This document shows, piece by piece, positions 53,476 through 64,000 of a DNA stretch of 64,000 bases. The stretch lies in contig OZ024740.1 in assembly GCA_964016885.1 (NCBI GenBank), positions 4,960,001-5,024,000 of the forward strand, given 5' to 3'. The translations under genes were made by a program, and so were the position numbers. This DNA comes from Eledone cirrhosa. Taxonomy: Eukaryota. The number at the start of each line of letters is the position of its first letter. Position 1 is the first letter of the stretch. Under the pieces are notes generated by a model that saw only the letters and a list, made by a program, of their open reading frames with translations, did no database searches and had not been told where the DNA came from.

Positions 53476-53680
53476 AATTATTGTGTACAGTGCTCAGGTG
53501 CACTACAACTCATCAAAGGTGCATGTATAGTATATAGAATAATGTAGAAATGTCAGGAAAGTGAACAGTGTATGGAGCGGGAATATTAGGTGTAGTGTTG
53601 GTCAATTTCAGGAATCATGGAGGTTTTAAAGGATGCAGTGTCCCAACAGCTAGCAACTGATGCAGGGAGTTTGTTCCATG
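53476..53680 (-). mobile_element. CR1-type LINE 3' end
   Basis: Matches 11455-11690. Confidence 0.8.
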
Positions 53681-54344
53681 GCACAATGTCACATGGCTGG
53701 ACTTTTCAATTACAATTCATCGTGTATTAATACAGAAATGGCTGAATATTCCACATACATGGATATCCTTCACTCTTGCTATCAGAGAAAGTGGGTGTTA
53801 GACAGTGGTGATGATGAGGATGATGATGATGGTGGTGATGATGGTGATGATGATGATGATGGTGGTGATGGTGGTGATGGTGATGATGGTGATGACTCTG
53901 TGCTCCACAATATGTAACAAAGCTGGATATTTCAATTACAGGTACAATCCACAGCACTTCCCCACAACAACTCATGTTTACAATGTAAATTTCTTAACCA
54001 CTCAACCAAACCAGTATCTCTGCATGGTCACTTGGTTTGCTAGAAATGGTAGCTATCTATTCTTCAGATACCTTGAGTTGAAAAGGGAGGAACATGAAAA
54101 TAAATGATTTCTGCTGTGAAAACAACCAAAGTCATTGTTTATATTGCTTATATTTAAGTTATATTTAGTTAATATTAATGCTTTAGCATTTAAACCGGCT
54201 GTATCTGGCCAGAATTCTCTCACCTCTTTCTGTTCAAACTGGCTGTAAAGGCCACTCATTCTGATGTTAAGTTATTTTTCTCAAATATAAATAACATAAA
54301 AATCTCATAGATTTGATATTATGTTAGATAATAGAGACAGGAAG

Positions 54345-57300
54345 CACACGCACACCCCTGCAAAAATCGACCCTTCCCCACGAATGTTGACAAATGCCCA
54401 AAACTCCGAGTTGGTACGATCAATGTAGGCTCAATGAAAGGAAGAGCAGGAGAAATCATAGAGATGCTAGAGCGAAAGGAAATTGATGTATGCTGTGTGC
54501 AAGAGACTAAATGGAGAGGAGAGTCTGCTAGAGTCCTTGTAGGAAAAAGTCAGTGCTACAAATTTTTCTGGGTGGGAAATGATGATGGGATAGGTGGTGT
54601 AGGTATACTACTAGCTGACAAGTGGGTAGATAAAGTAATCTCAGTGTACAGGGTAAATGTAAGAATCATTAAACTCAGACTAGCCCTCAATAAAACAATT
54701 ACCACAATAATTGTTTCTACTTTTGGCACAAGGCCATCAATTACCCAGTGCATTACTGGTACTTTATTTTATCGACCCCGTAAGGATGAAAGGCAAAGTT
54801 AACCTCGGTGGGATTTGAACTCAGACCGCAAAGGGACGTAACTATGCTGGAAAGCATGGCGTCCGACCCTCTACCGATACTGCCAAGCCATACCACAATA
54901 ATATCAGCTTATGCACTCCAATCGGGGTTGCCAGACGAACTTAAGGATAGGTTTTACGAGTCCCTAATGCACACTACTGCTCTAACAAACGACAATGACT
55001 TCCTAATCATCGCAGGAGATTTTAACGGACACGTAGGTAAACATTGTGACGGCTTCAATAGAGTCCATGGAGGCCATGGGGTTGGCACAAGAAATGAAGA
55101 AGGATTCAGACTTCTAGAATTTTGCGATGCCAATGACATGTCGATATGTAACACAAACTTCAAAAAATCACCTGATCACCTATAGATCAGGGGAGCACTC
55201 TAGTCAGATAGATTTTATCCTCATCAGAGGACGTGACAGATGGACGGTCGTAAACACAAAAGCCTTCCCTAGTGAGGAATGTAGCTCCCCACATAGCTTA
55301 GTTGTCAGCGACCTCACGGTCAGAACTAGACGAGGCCAACCTGGAGAAGAAAGATCTGGAAGCTGAAAGACCCCTCAGCCAGTAACAGATTTAAAGATAT
55401 TTTACTCAACGCGTACGACAGTAAAGAAGAACAGATAGAGACATTCAATGTAGAAGAGAACTGGGAGTTCCTAAAAAATAACTTACTAGAGGCGACGGAT
55501 GAGATCTGAGGCTGGAGTAAGACCTCAAGCAGGAGGAGAGTGACTTGGTGGTGGAACAATAAGGTAGATGAGGCAGTTAAGGCCAAGAGACAGGCATGGA
55601 AAGAATGGAAGAATGGGGGAAGCAGGGTACATTACATAGAGACCAAGAGGGAAGCTAGGCGACAAGTATACTTAGCTAGGAGGGAAGCAGAGGATAGAAA
55701 ATTCAAGCATGTTTTGCAACGTGAGGACCAGAAACAGGAGGTGTTTAAGATTGCGAGGCAGTATGTGAGAGAGAATTGTGATGTCATTGGAGAGAAGTGT
55801 ATCCGGAATGATAAAGATGAACTTGCCCTCACAAGTGCTGAGAAGAAAGATGCATTGAAGAGCCATTATGATAGATTACTAAATGAGGAGAATCCATGGG
55901 AAGAAGAGACCCTACCCCTATAGAGGGGCCAGCAATACAAGTCAGCAGCGGAGCAGTAAGTAAAGCAATCAAAGATATGAAGATGGGGAAGGCAACTGGT
56001 CCATCGGGTATAGCTGCCGAGATGCTGAAGGCATCTGGGTCTGTAGGTCACACTATAACCACACACGTATTGTTAACCAGATAATAATAGAAGGTGTCAT
56101 ACCAAAAGATTGGTACAGTAGCATCATTGTCAACTGATACAAAGGTAAAGGTGATGCATTAGATAGAGGAAACTATAGAGGTATAAAGCTGATGGACCAG
56201 GTCATGAAAGTAACTGAAAGAGTTATAGCACAGTTGATTAGGGACCGGGTGAAACTAGATGAGATGCAATTTGGGTTTGTACCAGGAAGAAGCACCACTG
56301 ATGCCTTCTTCGTTTTGAGGCAGTTACAGGAAAAGTACCTAGCTAAAAGTAAGCCACTCTACCTGGCATTCGTCAATCTCGAGAAAGCCTTTGACAGAGT
56401 TCCACGTGCTATAATCTGGTGGGCTCTTAGAAAACTAGGAGTAGATGAATGGCTTGTGAAAGCTGTACAAGCCATGTATAGGGGAGCAGTCAGCAAAGTT
56501 AGGATTAGCAATGAGTATAGCGAGGAATTTAGCGTACAGGTCGGTGTCCACCAGGGCTCTGTTCTTAGCCCTCTCCTGTTCATCATAGTCCTGCAGGCAA
56601 TAACGGAGGAGTTTAAGACCAGATGCCCATGGGAACTCCTGTATGCTGATGACCTCGCACTTATAGCTGAATCTATGGTAGAACTAGAGAAGAAATTTAA
56701 AACTTGGAAGCAGGGACTAGAAAGAAAGGGTCTCAAAGTCAACATGACAAAGACTAGGGTCCTTGTAAGTAGACGAGAAAACAGAACCCAGATCCCCTCA
56801 GGGAAATGGCCTTGCTCAGTATGTAGGGAAAGGTGTAGGTAGGAACTCCATTCTCTGCCCCAAATGCAAACAATGGGTACACAAGAGATGTAGCGGGATC
56901 TCGGGAAGCTTAATTAAGAATGTAGGATTCACATGCAGCAGCTGTACTGGGACAGCAAGCAGCAAACAGCCACAGGAAACAAGTACCACCAATCTCTGGG
57001 AGGGCCCTGTAGAAACAGTAGACAGCTTCTGCTACCTAGGTGACCGAATTAGCAGCGGAGGTGGGTGTTCAGAAAGTACAATAACTAGGGTAAGAACGGG
57101 ATGGAAGAAGTTTAGGGAACTACTACCACTGCTAGCTGCAAAAGGCTTCTCCCTCAGAATGAAAGGCAGACTGTATGATACGTGTATCCGAACAGCGATG
57201 TTGCATGGTAGTGAGACCTGGGCGCTGAAGGTGGAAGACTTACGTAGATTAGAAAGAAACGAAGCCTGCATGCTCCGATGGATGTGTAATAGTAATATAT

Positions 57301-57694
57301 GCGACCGACAAAGCATAAATGAATTGAGAGAGAGACTGAGCATAAGAGGTATCAAATGCTGTGTGCAGGAGAGGCGGTTGTGTTGGTATGGACATGTGAT
57401 GCGTATGAAGGATGACAGCTGCATAAAAAGGTGCAGAGCACTAGAAGTCAATGGAAACCACGGAGTGGGGAGACCCAAGAAGACCTGGGATGAGGTGATA
57501 AAAGCCGACCTTACCCAATTACACCCCACTGTATATGAGGTTAGTGTTAGGAAGGGCATCCAGCTGTAGAAATCAAGCCAAAATCAGTTAATGTATGAGC
57601 AAGGCATGGTCAGCCGACCGGACACTGCCCACAACAGGACAATCCGTCTAACCCATGCTAGCGTGGAAGAACGAACGTAAAACGGTGAGGATGA
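54345..57694 (+). mobile_element. RTE family A LINE, near-complete ORF but pseudogenised
   Basis: LRVGTINVGSMKGR, CCVQETKW, IAGDFNGHVG, GVHQGSVLSPLLF, LYADD, PHD-like Cys/His motif, GRPKKTW; ORF end fused to the 3' module. Confidence 0.92.
54712..54890 (-). mobile_element. SINE (head type 2) inserted in the LINE APE domain with 12-bp TSD
   Basis: TSD TACCACAATAAT at 54700-54711 and 54891-54902; the APE frame (TITTIISAYA) resumes after removal. Confidence 0.9.
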
Positions 57695-58202
57695 ATTATG
57701 TAAGATAAAGCCTTTACCACAAAAATACAATAGTAAATATAGAGTAATGTAAATGCTAAAGGGTTAAAATATTTAATTTACAATCACTCTGTAGTGACAT
57801 TTTAAAGTTGATTGTTGATCTAATGTGGAGTATATTCATTCTCTATTGTATACACACATATATATACACCTGTAGCTGAAGGAATTATGAAGTAAGAACA
57901 TGTCGTACCATTAAAATATTACTTTTTTAATCACTGATTCCTGAAAACGTTGAATGATTTTTACATCTAGACACAACTGAAATCTTCCTTTATCCAAACT
58001 TATTTGAATGTCACCATCACTATTATTATTATTTCATGCCCATTTTCTCAGCTAGCATGGGTCTTCACAGACAGAATTAGCACACAAGCTGAGCTCCTAA
58101 TCTCTGAGATGGGCCAGAGTCTCACATCTCACTGTCTTATATTCCTGCATTCTTCCAAGTTCATTTTATCATAATACCATCACTGGGGAGGTTGTTATAT
58201 AC

Positions 58203-59125
58203 AATAATAATAATAAAATTATTGTGTAAAGTGCTCAGGTGCACTACAACTCGTCAAAGGTGCATGTATAGTACATAGAATAATATACAAATGTCAGGGA
58301 AGTGAATAGTGTATGAGTCATGATATACATGTGTGTATGTGTATGTGTATGGAGGGGGAACATTAGGTGTAGTGTTGGCGAATCTCAGGAAGCATGGAGG
58401 TTATAAAAGATGCAGTGTCTCGGCAGCTAACAACTGATGCAGGTAGTTTGTTCCATGCTTCAGCAACTCTGAGCGTGAAAAAAATGTTTCCAAAAGTGAT
58501 GGGACCTGTGCTGTTTTCAGACTTTGTAAGCATGTCCACGTGTGTTAGACACATGGAAATCAAAAAGGTACTCAGGGTTGTTGTTGGCAAGATGGTTAAT
58601 AATTTTGTGGGTGTTTACCAAGTCAGTTGCTAGACGTCGGAGTTTCAATGTATCCATGTCCAGGGAAGCAAGGTGTTCAGAGTATGGTAGATGCCTGATG
58701 GAGGGTATTCGCTTGGTTGCACATCTCTGAACAGTTTCCAGGCGGTCAATATTCTGAGCAAGATAGGGATTCCAGACTGGTGATGCAAATTCTAAGTGTG
58801 GCTGCACCATAGCCATGTACAGCCTTAAATAGATAGCTGGAGAGTGGCTGACAGAGTGATGCTAAGACACCCTCGGCCTTCTTGACAATTTTAGAGACGT
58901 GCTTCGTCCAACGCAAATCGCTGCTGACCGTAATGCCCAGGTCACATTCACAAGAAGACTTCTTGATATTAGTGTTGTGGAGGGAGTATATGGACACTGG
59001 GTTTTTACTCCCAAAATGCATGGTGGTACACTTGTCCACAGCTAACTTGAGTTGCCAGTCTGTGATCCATTGTTGCATTGTGTCCAGGTCAGATTGCAGG
59101 CAAGATCTATAGTGTTCAGGATCTG
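58203..59125 (-). mobile_element. 5'-truncated CR1-type LINE
   Basis: WQLKLAVDKC..MHFG, CDLGITVSSDLRW..HV, VQPHLEFASPVWNPY, FF.LRVAEAWNKLP; (ATT)n tail. Confidence 0.9.
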
Positions 59126-59417
59126 TCCTTTTTATCTCAACACTTTTTATTTAACCCAGCTGAAGAGTCCACCTAACACTTTGTCTCACTGGTTTTCTAT
59201 GGTTAGATGCCCTTCCTGTTATATTCTTCTTAGAAATAGAATTATGGATTGGTAGAATTGGCAGAAGCAAGAGAGAAATTCCTAGGGTTTAGTTACATTT
59301 CTTTAAAATTCTGGTTTCAAATTCTACCAAAGTTAACTTTATTTTTTATCCTTTTGGGATCAATAAAATAGATACCAGTGATATACTGAGGGTTATATGA
59401 TTGCCTGTACCTGACAC

Positions 59418-59604
59418 CACGGGGTTTCCCAAAATTATTCAAATGTAGAACCCTTTTTTGGTTCAGAAACTTTTGGGGGAATCTCAAAGTCTAATATTGT
59501 TATATGGTTGTAATATAAATATACCCCTCAACTTTTGTTATGGAACTGCAGACACTCCTTTGTGGAACCCTTAGGTTCTTTGGAACCGACTTTGGGAACC
59601 ACTG
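59418..59604. mobile_element. Possible hAT-type MITE
   Basis: Right end TTTGGGAACCACTG (rc CAGTGGTTCCCAAA) and degenerate left CACGGGGTTTCCCAAA; no clear 8-bp TSD. Confidence 0.45.
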
Positions 59605-60036
59605 CTGTAAGGAATCTTGTTTAACTGCTCTAACAGTTCCATAAATCCCTTGCCATGGACTAGTACTATATCTATCCACCACCATCTACCCCCAAATGGA
59701 TGAAAGGTATTATTGACCTTGGCTCTAGTGCAACGCCTTTTATCTGATGTTCTAAGAATTCTGCTGCTTGATTCACAGTTTTACAAGAATGAACATGAAT
59801 AGAAAGAAATGTCAGTGAGTGACAAGCTGTCTGAAGAATTGATCGAAATGTTTAGTGAAGAGTCTAGTAAAAGACAGTAGAATTGAACCCAACTAAACCA
59901 ATCCTGGTTTAGTTGGGTTCCAAACATGGTAAACAATGAGCTAAGGGTATTTGTTTCAAGATAAAATATAATACAGGGTATCATGTCTAACTACTCTAGC
60001 AACTCCACCATTCCACTGCTATGGAGTGCTATTTCA

Positions 60037-60350
60037 TAATAATAACAATGAAAATTATTGTGTACAGTGCTCAGGTGCACCACAACTCATCAAAGGTGTG
60101 TGCATAGTATATAGAATAATGTACAAATGTCAGGAAAGTGAACAGTGTATGAGTCATGATATACACACAGTGTATGTATGTGTATGATGGGGGATATCAG
60201 GTGTAGTATTGGTGAATTTTAGGAAGCATGGAAGTTTTGAAGGATGCAGTGTCTCACAGCTAACAACTGATGCAGGTAGTTTATTCCATGTTTCAGCAAC
60301 TCTGAGTGTGAAAAAACGTTTCCAAAAGTCATGAGAACTGTACTATTTTC
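60037..60350 (-). mobile_element. CR1-type LINE 3' end
   Basis: Matches 11441-11755. Confidence 0.85.
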
Positions 60351-60478
60351 TTTTATATTGACCCATATAGAATGAAGGGCATTGTTAGATTTGAACTGAA
60401 AGTGTATAGGGCCAAAACATATATCCAAAGATATCCTATAATATTCTAAAGACTCAGCAAATATACCAATTAGATTAT

Positions 60479-60722
60479 TTAACACTTTTAATACCAAACC
60501 GACCGAACCTGTCTCTTGTTCTATGAAACAAAACCTTTCCTTTTAAAGGTTTCTATTTAGATTAAATCCCCCAACACAATTTTATATAAAAAAACATTTT
60601 TTGTGTTGCATATGCTATCTTAATAATTAGATAGCTAATAATTTTAACAAATCCTTCCAAATTCTTGCTTAATTAATTGAAATGCAGTGTATGTTATTAG
60701 AAATATTGTAATGAAGGGTTAA
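60479..60722. mobile_element. TTAA-flanked MITE (piggyBac-like termini)
   Basis: TTAA-CACTTTTAATACCA ... TTGTAATGAAGGG-TTAA imperfect TIRs. Confidence 0.5.
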
Positions 60723-61282
60723 AGAAAAATAAAGATGTGAAAGCAGATGTGTTTAAATGTGTTTAAATATGTTTTAAAAATGTGTTTAGATTCTTTACAA
60801 AACATAAATAAAATGAAAAAGAAATAAAATGTATTTAGATTCTTAAAAGATAGAAAAATGTGGATTTCTTTAATTAAAAATCTTTCTTTAATAACAAATG
60901 CCAAAATATAAAAGATGTGGGGAGGAGAAAAATAAATAAATGAAACAAGAGAGTTAATTAGTTGTTGATTGTTAGTTGTAAAACAATGATTAGAAATGTT
61001 TTATTGTGAGAGGGAAATAGTTTCTCTGATTTTTATATAAAACAAGAATTTTACTACAACAACTGAAACAGGTTGGAAGACAGGGTTCCTGGAACAACAA
61101 CCACTGCAAGTAGTTCCAAGGTTCCTGTATATATACATACATTGTATATTTATATGCATATTTGTATGTATATATGAATGTATATAAGCATGTATGTATA
61201 TATATATGCATGCATGTATGTATATATATATGTGAGAGAATTGGGAGTGTGTAACACTCCACTTATCAAATAGGCAGTATAT

Positions 61283-61480
61283 TATCTATTTTTATCTATT
61301 TCTTATCTATTTTTTATCTATTTTTTATCTATTTTTTATCTATTTTTTATCTATTTTTTTATCTATTTTTTATCTATTTTTTATCTATTTTTATCTACCT
61401 CTCATCTATTTTTTATCTATTTTTTATATATTTTTTATCTATTTTTTATCTACCTCTTATCTATTTTTTATCTATCTCTA
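61283..61480. repeat. 11-12 bp (TTTTTTATCTA)n minisatellite
   Basis: Directly visible array. Confidence 0.9.
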
Positions 61481-61848
61481 TCTCTTAACTTGGGCCCATC
61501 CGTCTATGATATGTTATTTGTATTAGTGTATACTGTATGTGTTGCATACGGGTGCTTGTGTGTAGGTGCATGCGTGTGCTCATGCTTATGCGTATACTTG
61601 TATGTAGCTGCATGTTAACGGAACCCTGCCCAACTGTGAGTGATAACATTTCTTATTTTTCATTTTTATTTTTATTTTTATTTTTATTCTTATTTTTATT
61701 CTTATTTTTATTTTTATGTTTATTTTTATTTTACTCTTTTCTTATTTTACTCCTTTTACTTTACTCTTTAAACTCCTCCCAACTTATGGTATCCCAACAT
61801 ATATTCTTCTGTTTTGGCTTTGTCAATGCTTGTATACTATGTATTTAC

Positions 61849-61908
61849 TCTTTATGCTCTGAAGAGTCCCACTTCTAGTGTGGACGAAACACTGTTAGCA
61901 ATTAAAGA
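61849..61908 (+). ncRNA. Type I hammerhead ribozyme
   Basis: TCTTTA-TGCT-CTGAAGA-GTCC-CAC(ttcta)GTG-t-GGAC-GAAA-CACTGT-T-AGCA-at-TAAAGA; canonical G10.1-C11.1; quasi-palindromic stem III ACAcTGT; GUU site with predicted cleavage after 61896; ATTAAA 61901-61906. Confidence 0.78.
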
Positions 61909-62219
61909 TATACCTATGTTCTAAGCGCTCTTTGTTGTTAATTGTATGTATATATATGCATGTATATATATATATATATGCATATATGTATGTATATCAT
62001 GATGATGATGATATATATATATGCATATATACATTCATATATACATATATACATGCAAGCATATACACATAGAGGCATATATAGATATAGTAATTATTAT
62101 CAAGAGAAACAGTTGCCTTTGCAGCTATTCTGACCTACTTCTGTGGAGCCTCTCTATAAAAGACATAAAACAGCCAATCAGAATAATGATGGCAGATTCT
62201 GGTTAGGTAATGATATAAT

Positions 62220-62405
62220 TGTTTCTACTTTAGGCACAAGGCCAGCAATTACTCAGTACATTACTGGTACTTTATTTTATCGACCCCGTAAGGATGAAAG
62301 GCAAAGTTAACCTCGGCGGGATTTGAACTCAGATCATAAAGCGACGTAACTCTATGCTAGAAAGCATGGGGTCCAACCCTCTACCAATACTGCCAATCCA
62401 CCACC
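62220..62405 (-). mobile_element. SINE (head type 2) whose 5' head continues into a tandem array
   Basis: Matches 54712-54890; minus-strand B box GAGTTCAAATCCC at ~62318-62330. Confidence 0.88.
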
Positions 62406-64000
62406 TACCATGGCGTCCAACCCTCTACCTATACTGCCAATCCAGCACCCTACCATGGTGTCAGACCCTCTACCAATACTGCCAATCCACCACCCTAACA
62501 TGGCGTCCAACCCTCTACCTATACTGCCAATCCACCACCTACCATGGCGTCCAACCCTCTACCAATACTGCCAATCCACCACCCTACCATGGTGTCAGAC
62601 CTTCTACCAATACTGCCAATCCACCACCTAACATCGTGTCAGACCCTCTACCTATACTGCCAATCCACCACCCTACCATGGTGTCAGACCCTCTACCAAT
62701 ACTGCCAATCCCCCACCCTAACATGGCGTCCAACCCTCTACCAATACTGCCAATCCCCCACCCTAACATGGCGTCCAACCCTCTACCGATACTGCCAATC
62801 CCCCACCCTAACATGGCGTCCAACCCTCTACCGATACTACCAATCCACCACCCTAACATGGTGTCAGACCCTCTACCAATACCACCAATCCACCACCCTA
62901 GCATGATGTCAGACCCTCTACCTATACTGCCAATCCACCACCCTAACATGGTGTCAGACCCTCTACCAATACTACCAATCCACCACCTAACATGGTGTCA
63001 GACCCTCTACCAATACTACCAATCCACCACCTACCATGGCTTCCAACCCTCTACCAATACTACCAATCCACCACCCTACCATGGCATCCAACCCTCTACC
63101 AATACTACCAATCCACCACCCTAACATGGTGTCAGACCCTCTACCTATACTGCCAATCCAGCACACTAACATGGTGTCGGACCCTCTTCCAATACTACCA
63201 ATCCACCACCCTAGCATGGTGTCAGACCCTCTACCAATACTGCCAATCCACCACCTAACATGGTGTCAGACCCTCTACCAATACTACCAATCCACCACCC
63301 TAACATGGTGTCAGACCCTCTACCAATACTGCCAATCCACCACCTAAGATGGTGTCAGACCCTCTACCAATACTGCCAATCCACCACCTAACATGGTGTC
63401 AGACCCTCTACCAATACTGCCAATCCACCAGCTAACATGGCGTCAGACCCTCTACCAATACTACCAATCCACCACCTAACATGGTGTCAGACCCTCTACC
63501 AATACTGCCAATACACCACGCTAGCATGGTGTCAGACCCTCTACCAATACTACCAATCCACCACCTAACATGGTGTCAGACCCTCTACCAATACTGCCAA
63601 TCCACCACCTAACATGGTGTCAGACCCTCTACCAATACTGCCAATCCAGCACACTAACATGGTGTCCAACCCTCTACCAATATTGCCAATCCACCACCTA
63701 CCATGGTATCAGACCCTCTACCAATACTACCAATCCACCACCCTAGCATGGTGTCAGACCCTCTACCAATACTGCCAATCCACCACCTAACATGGTGTCA
63801 GACCCTCTACCAATACTACCAATCCACCACCCTAACATGGTGTCAGACCCTCTACCAATACTGCCAATCCACCACCTAAGATGGTGTCAGACCCTCTACC
63901 AATACTGCCAATCCACCACCTAACATGGTGTCAGACCCTCTACCAATACTGCCAATCCACCAGCTAACATGGCGTCAGACCCTCTACCAATACTACCAAT
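62366..64000. repeat. 44/45-bp satellite (about 36 or more units) amplified from the SINE tRNA head; runs off window end
   Basis: Unit ATGGTGTCAGACCCTCTACCAATACTGCCAATCCACCACC(C)TAAC; its reverse complement matches the SINE head at 38232-38268. Confidence 0.95.

Larger units (their letters stand above)
54175..57767. mobile_element. TTAA-flanked MITE (piggyBac-like termini) split by the LINE insertion
   Basis: Left TTAA-tgCTTTAGCATTTA at 54175; right TAAATGCTAAAGGG-TTAA at 57750-57767; ~240 bp if the LINE is removed. Confidence 0.55.

Noticed and set aside
57876-57955. CTGAAGG...GAAAACGTTG hammerhead-like string
   Set aside because: The core deviates, position 17 would be G, and there is no stem I.
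59831-59855. CTGAAGA-attgatc-GAAA
   Set aside because: No pairing for stems I, II or III.
62354-63347. Pro-rich repeat ORFs
   Set aside because: Mixed 44/45-bp units shift frame; the sequence is a SINE-head satellite.

Overview
AT-rich eukaryotic DNA, almost entirely repetitive, with no confidently identifiable host gene. The SINE and LINE families and the dense (TA)n/(CA)n/(GAT)n tracts look like a coleoid cephalopod (Octopus-like) genome, which is an inference. Retroelements present: several decayed RTE-clade LINE families, including a near-full-length copy at ~13.5-17.8 kb (-) with APE, RT and three C-terminal C2H2 fingers, and another family with a PHD-like finger; CR1-type 3' ends; a restriction-like-endonuclease LINE fragment; and tRNA-derived SINEs. 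There are also small MITEs and over 20 kb of mini/satellite arrays. Two of the satellites are visibly amplified from retroelement termini (a 48-bp LINE 3'UTR unit and a 44/45-bp SINE head). The main signal invisible in the ORF track is about a dozen type I hammerhead ribozyme (HHR) motifs from several apparently unrelated short elements, mostly next to (TA)n tracts and probably Penelope-like pseudo-LTR relics. Several sit in head-to-head inverted repeats, which can place a ribozyme on each strand. Two unrelated motifs carry the compensatory U3-A8 core (UUGAnAA). All structures were folded by eye and none is experimentally verified.
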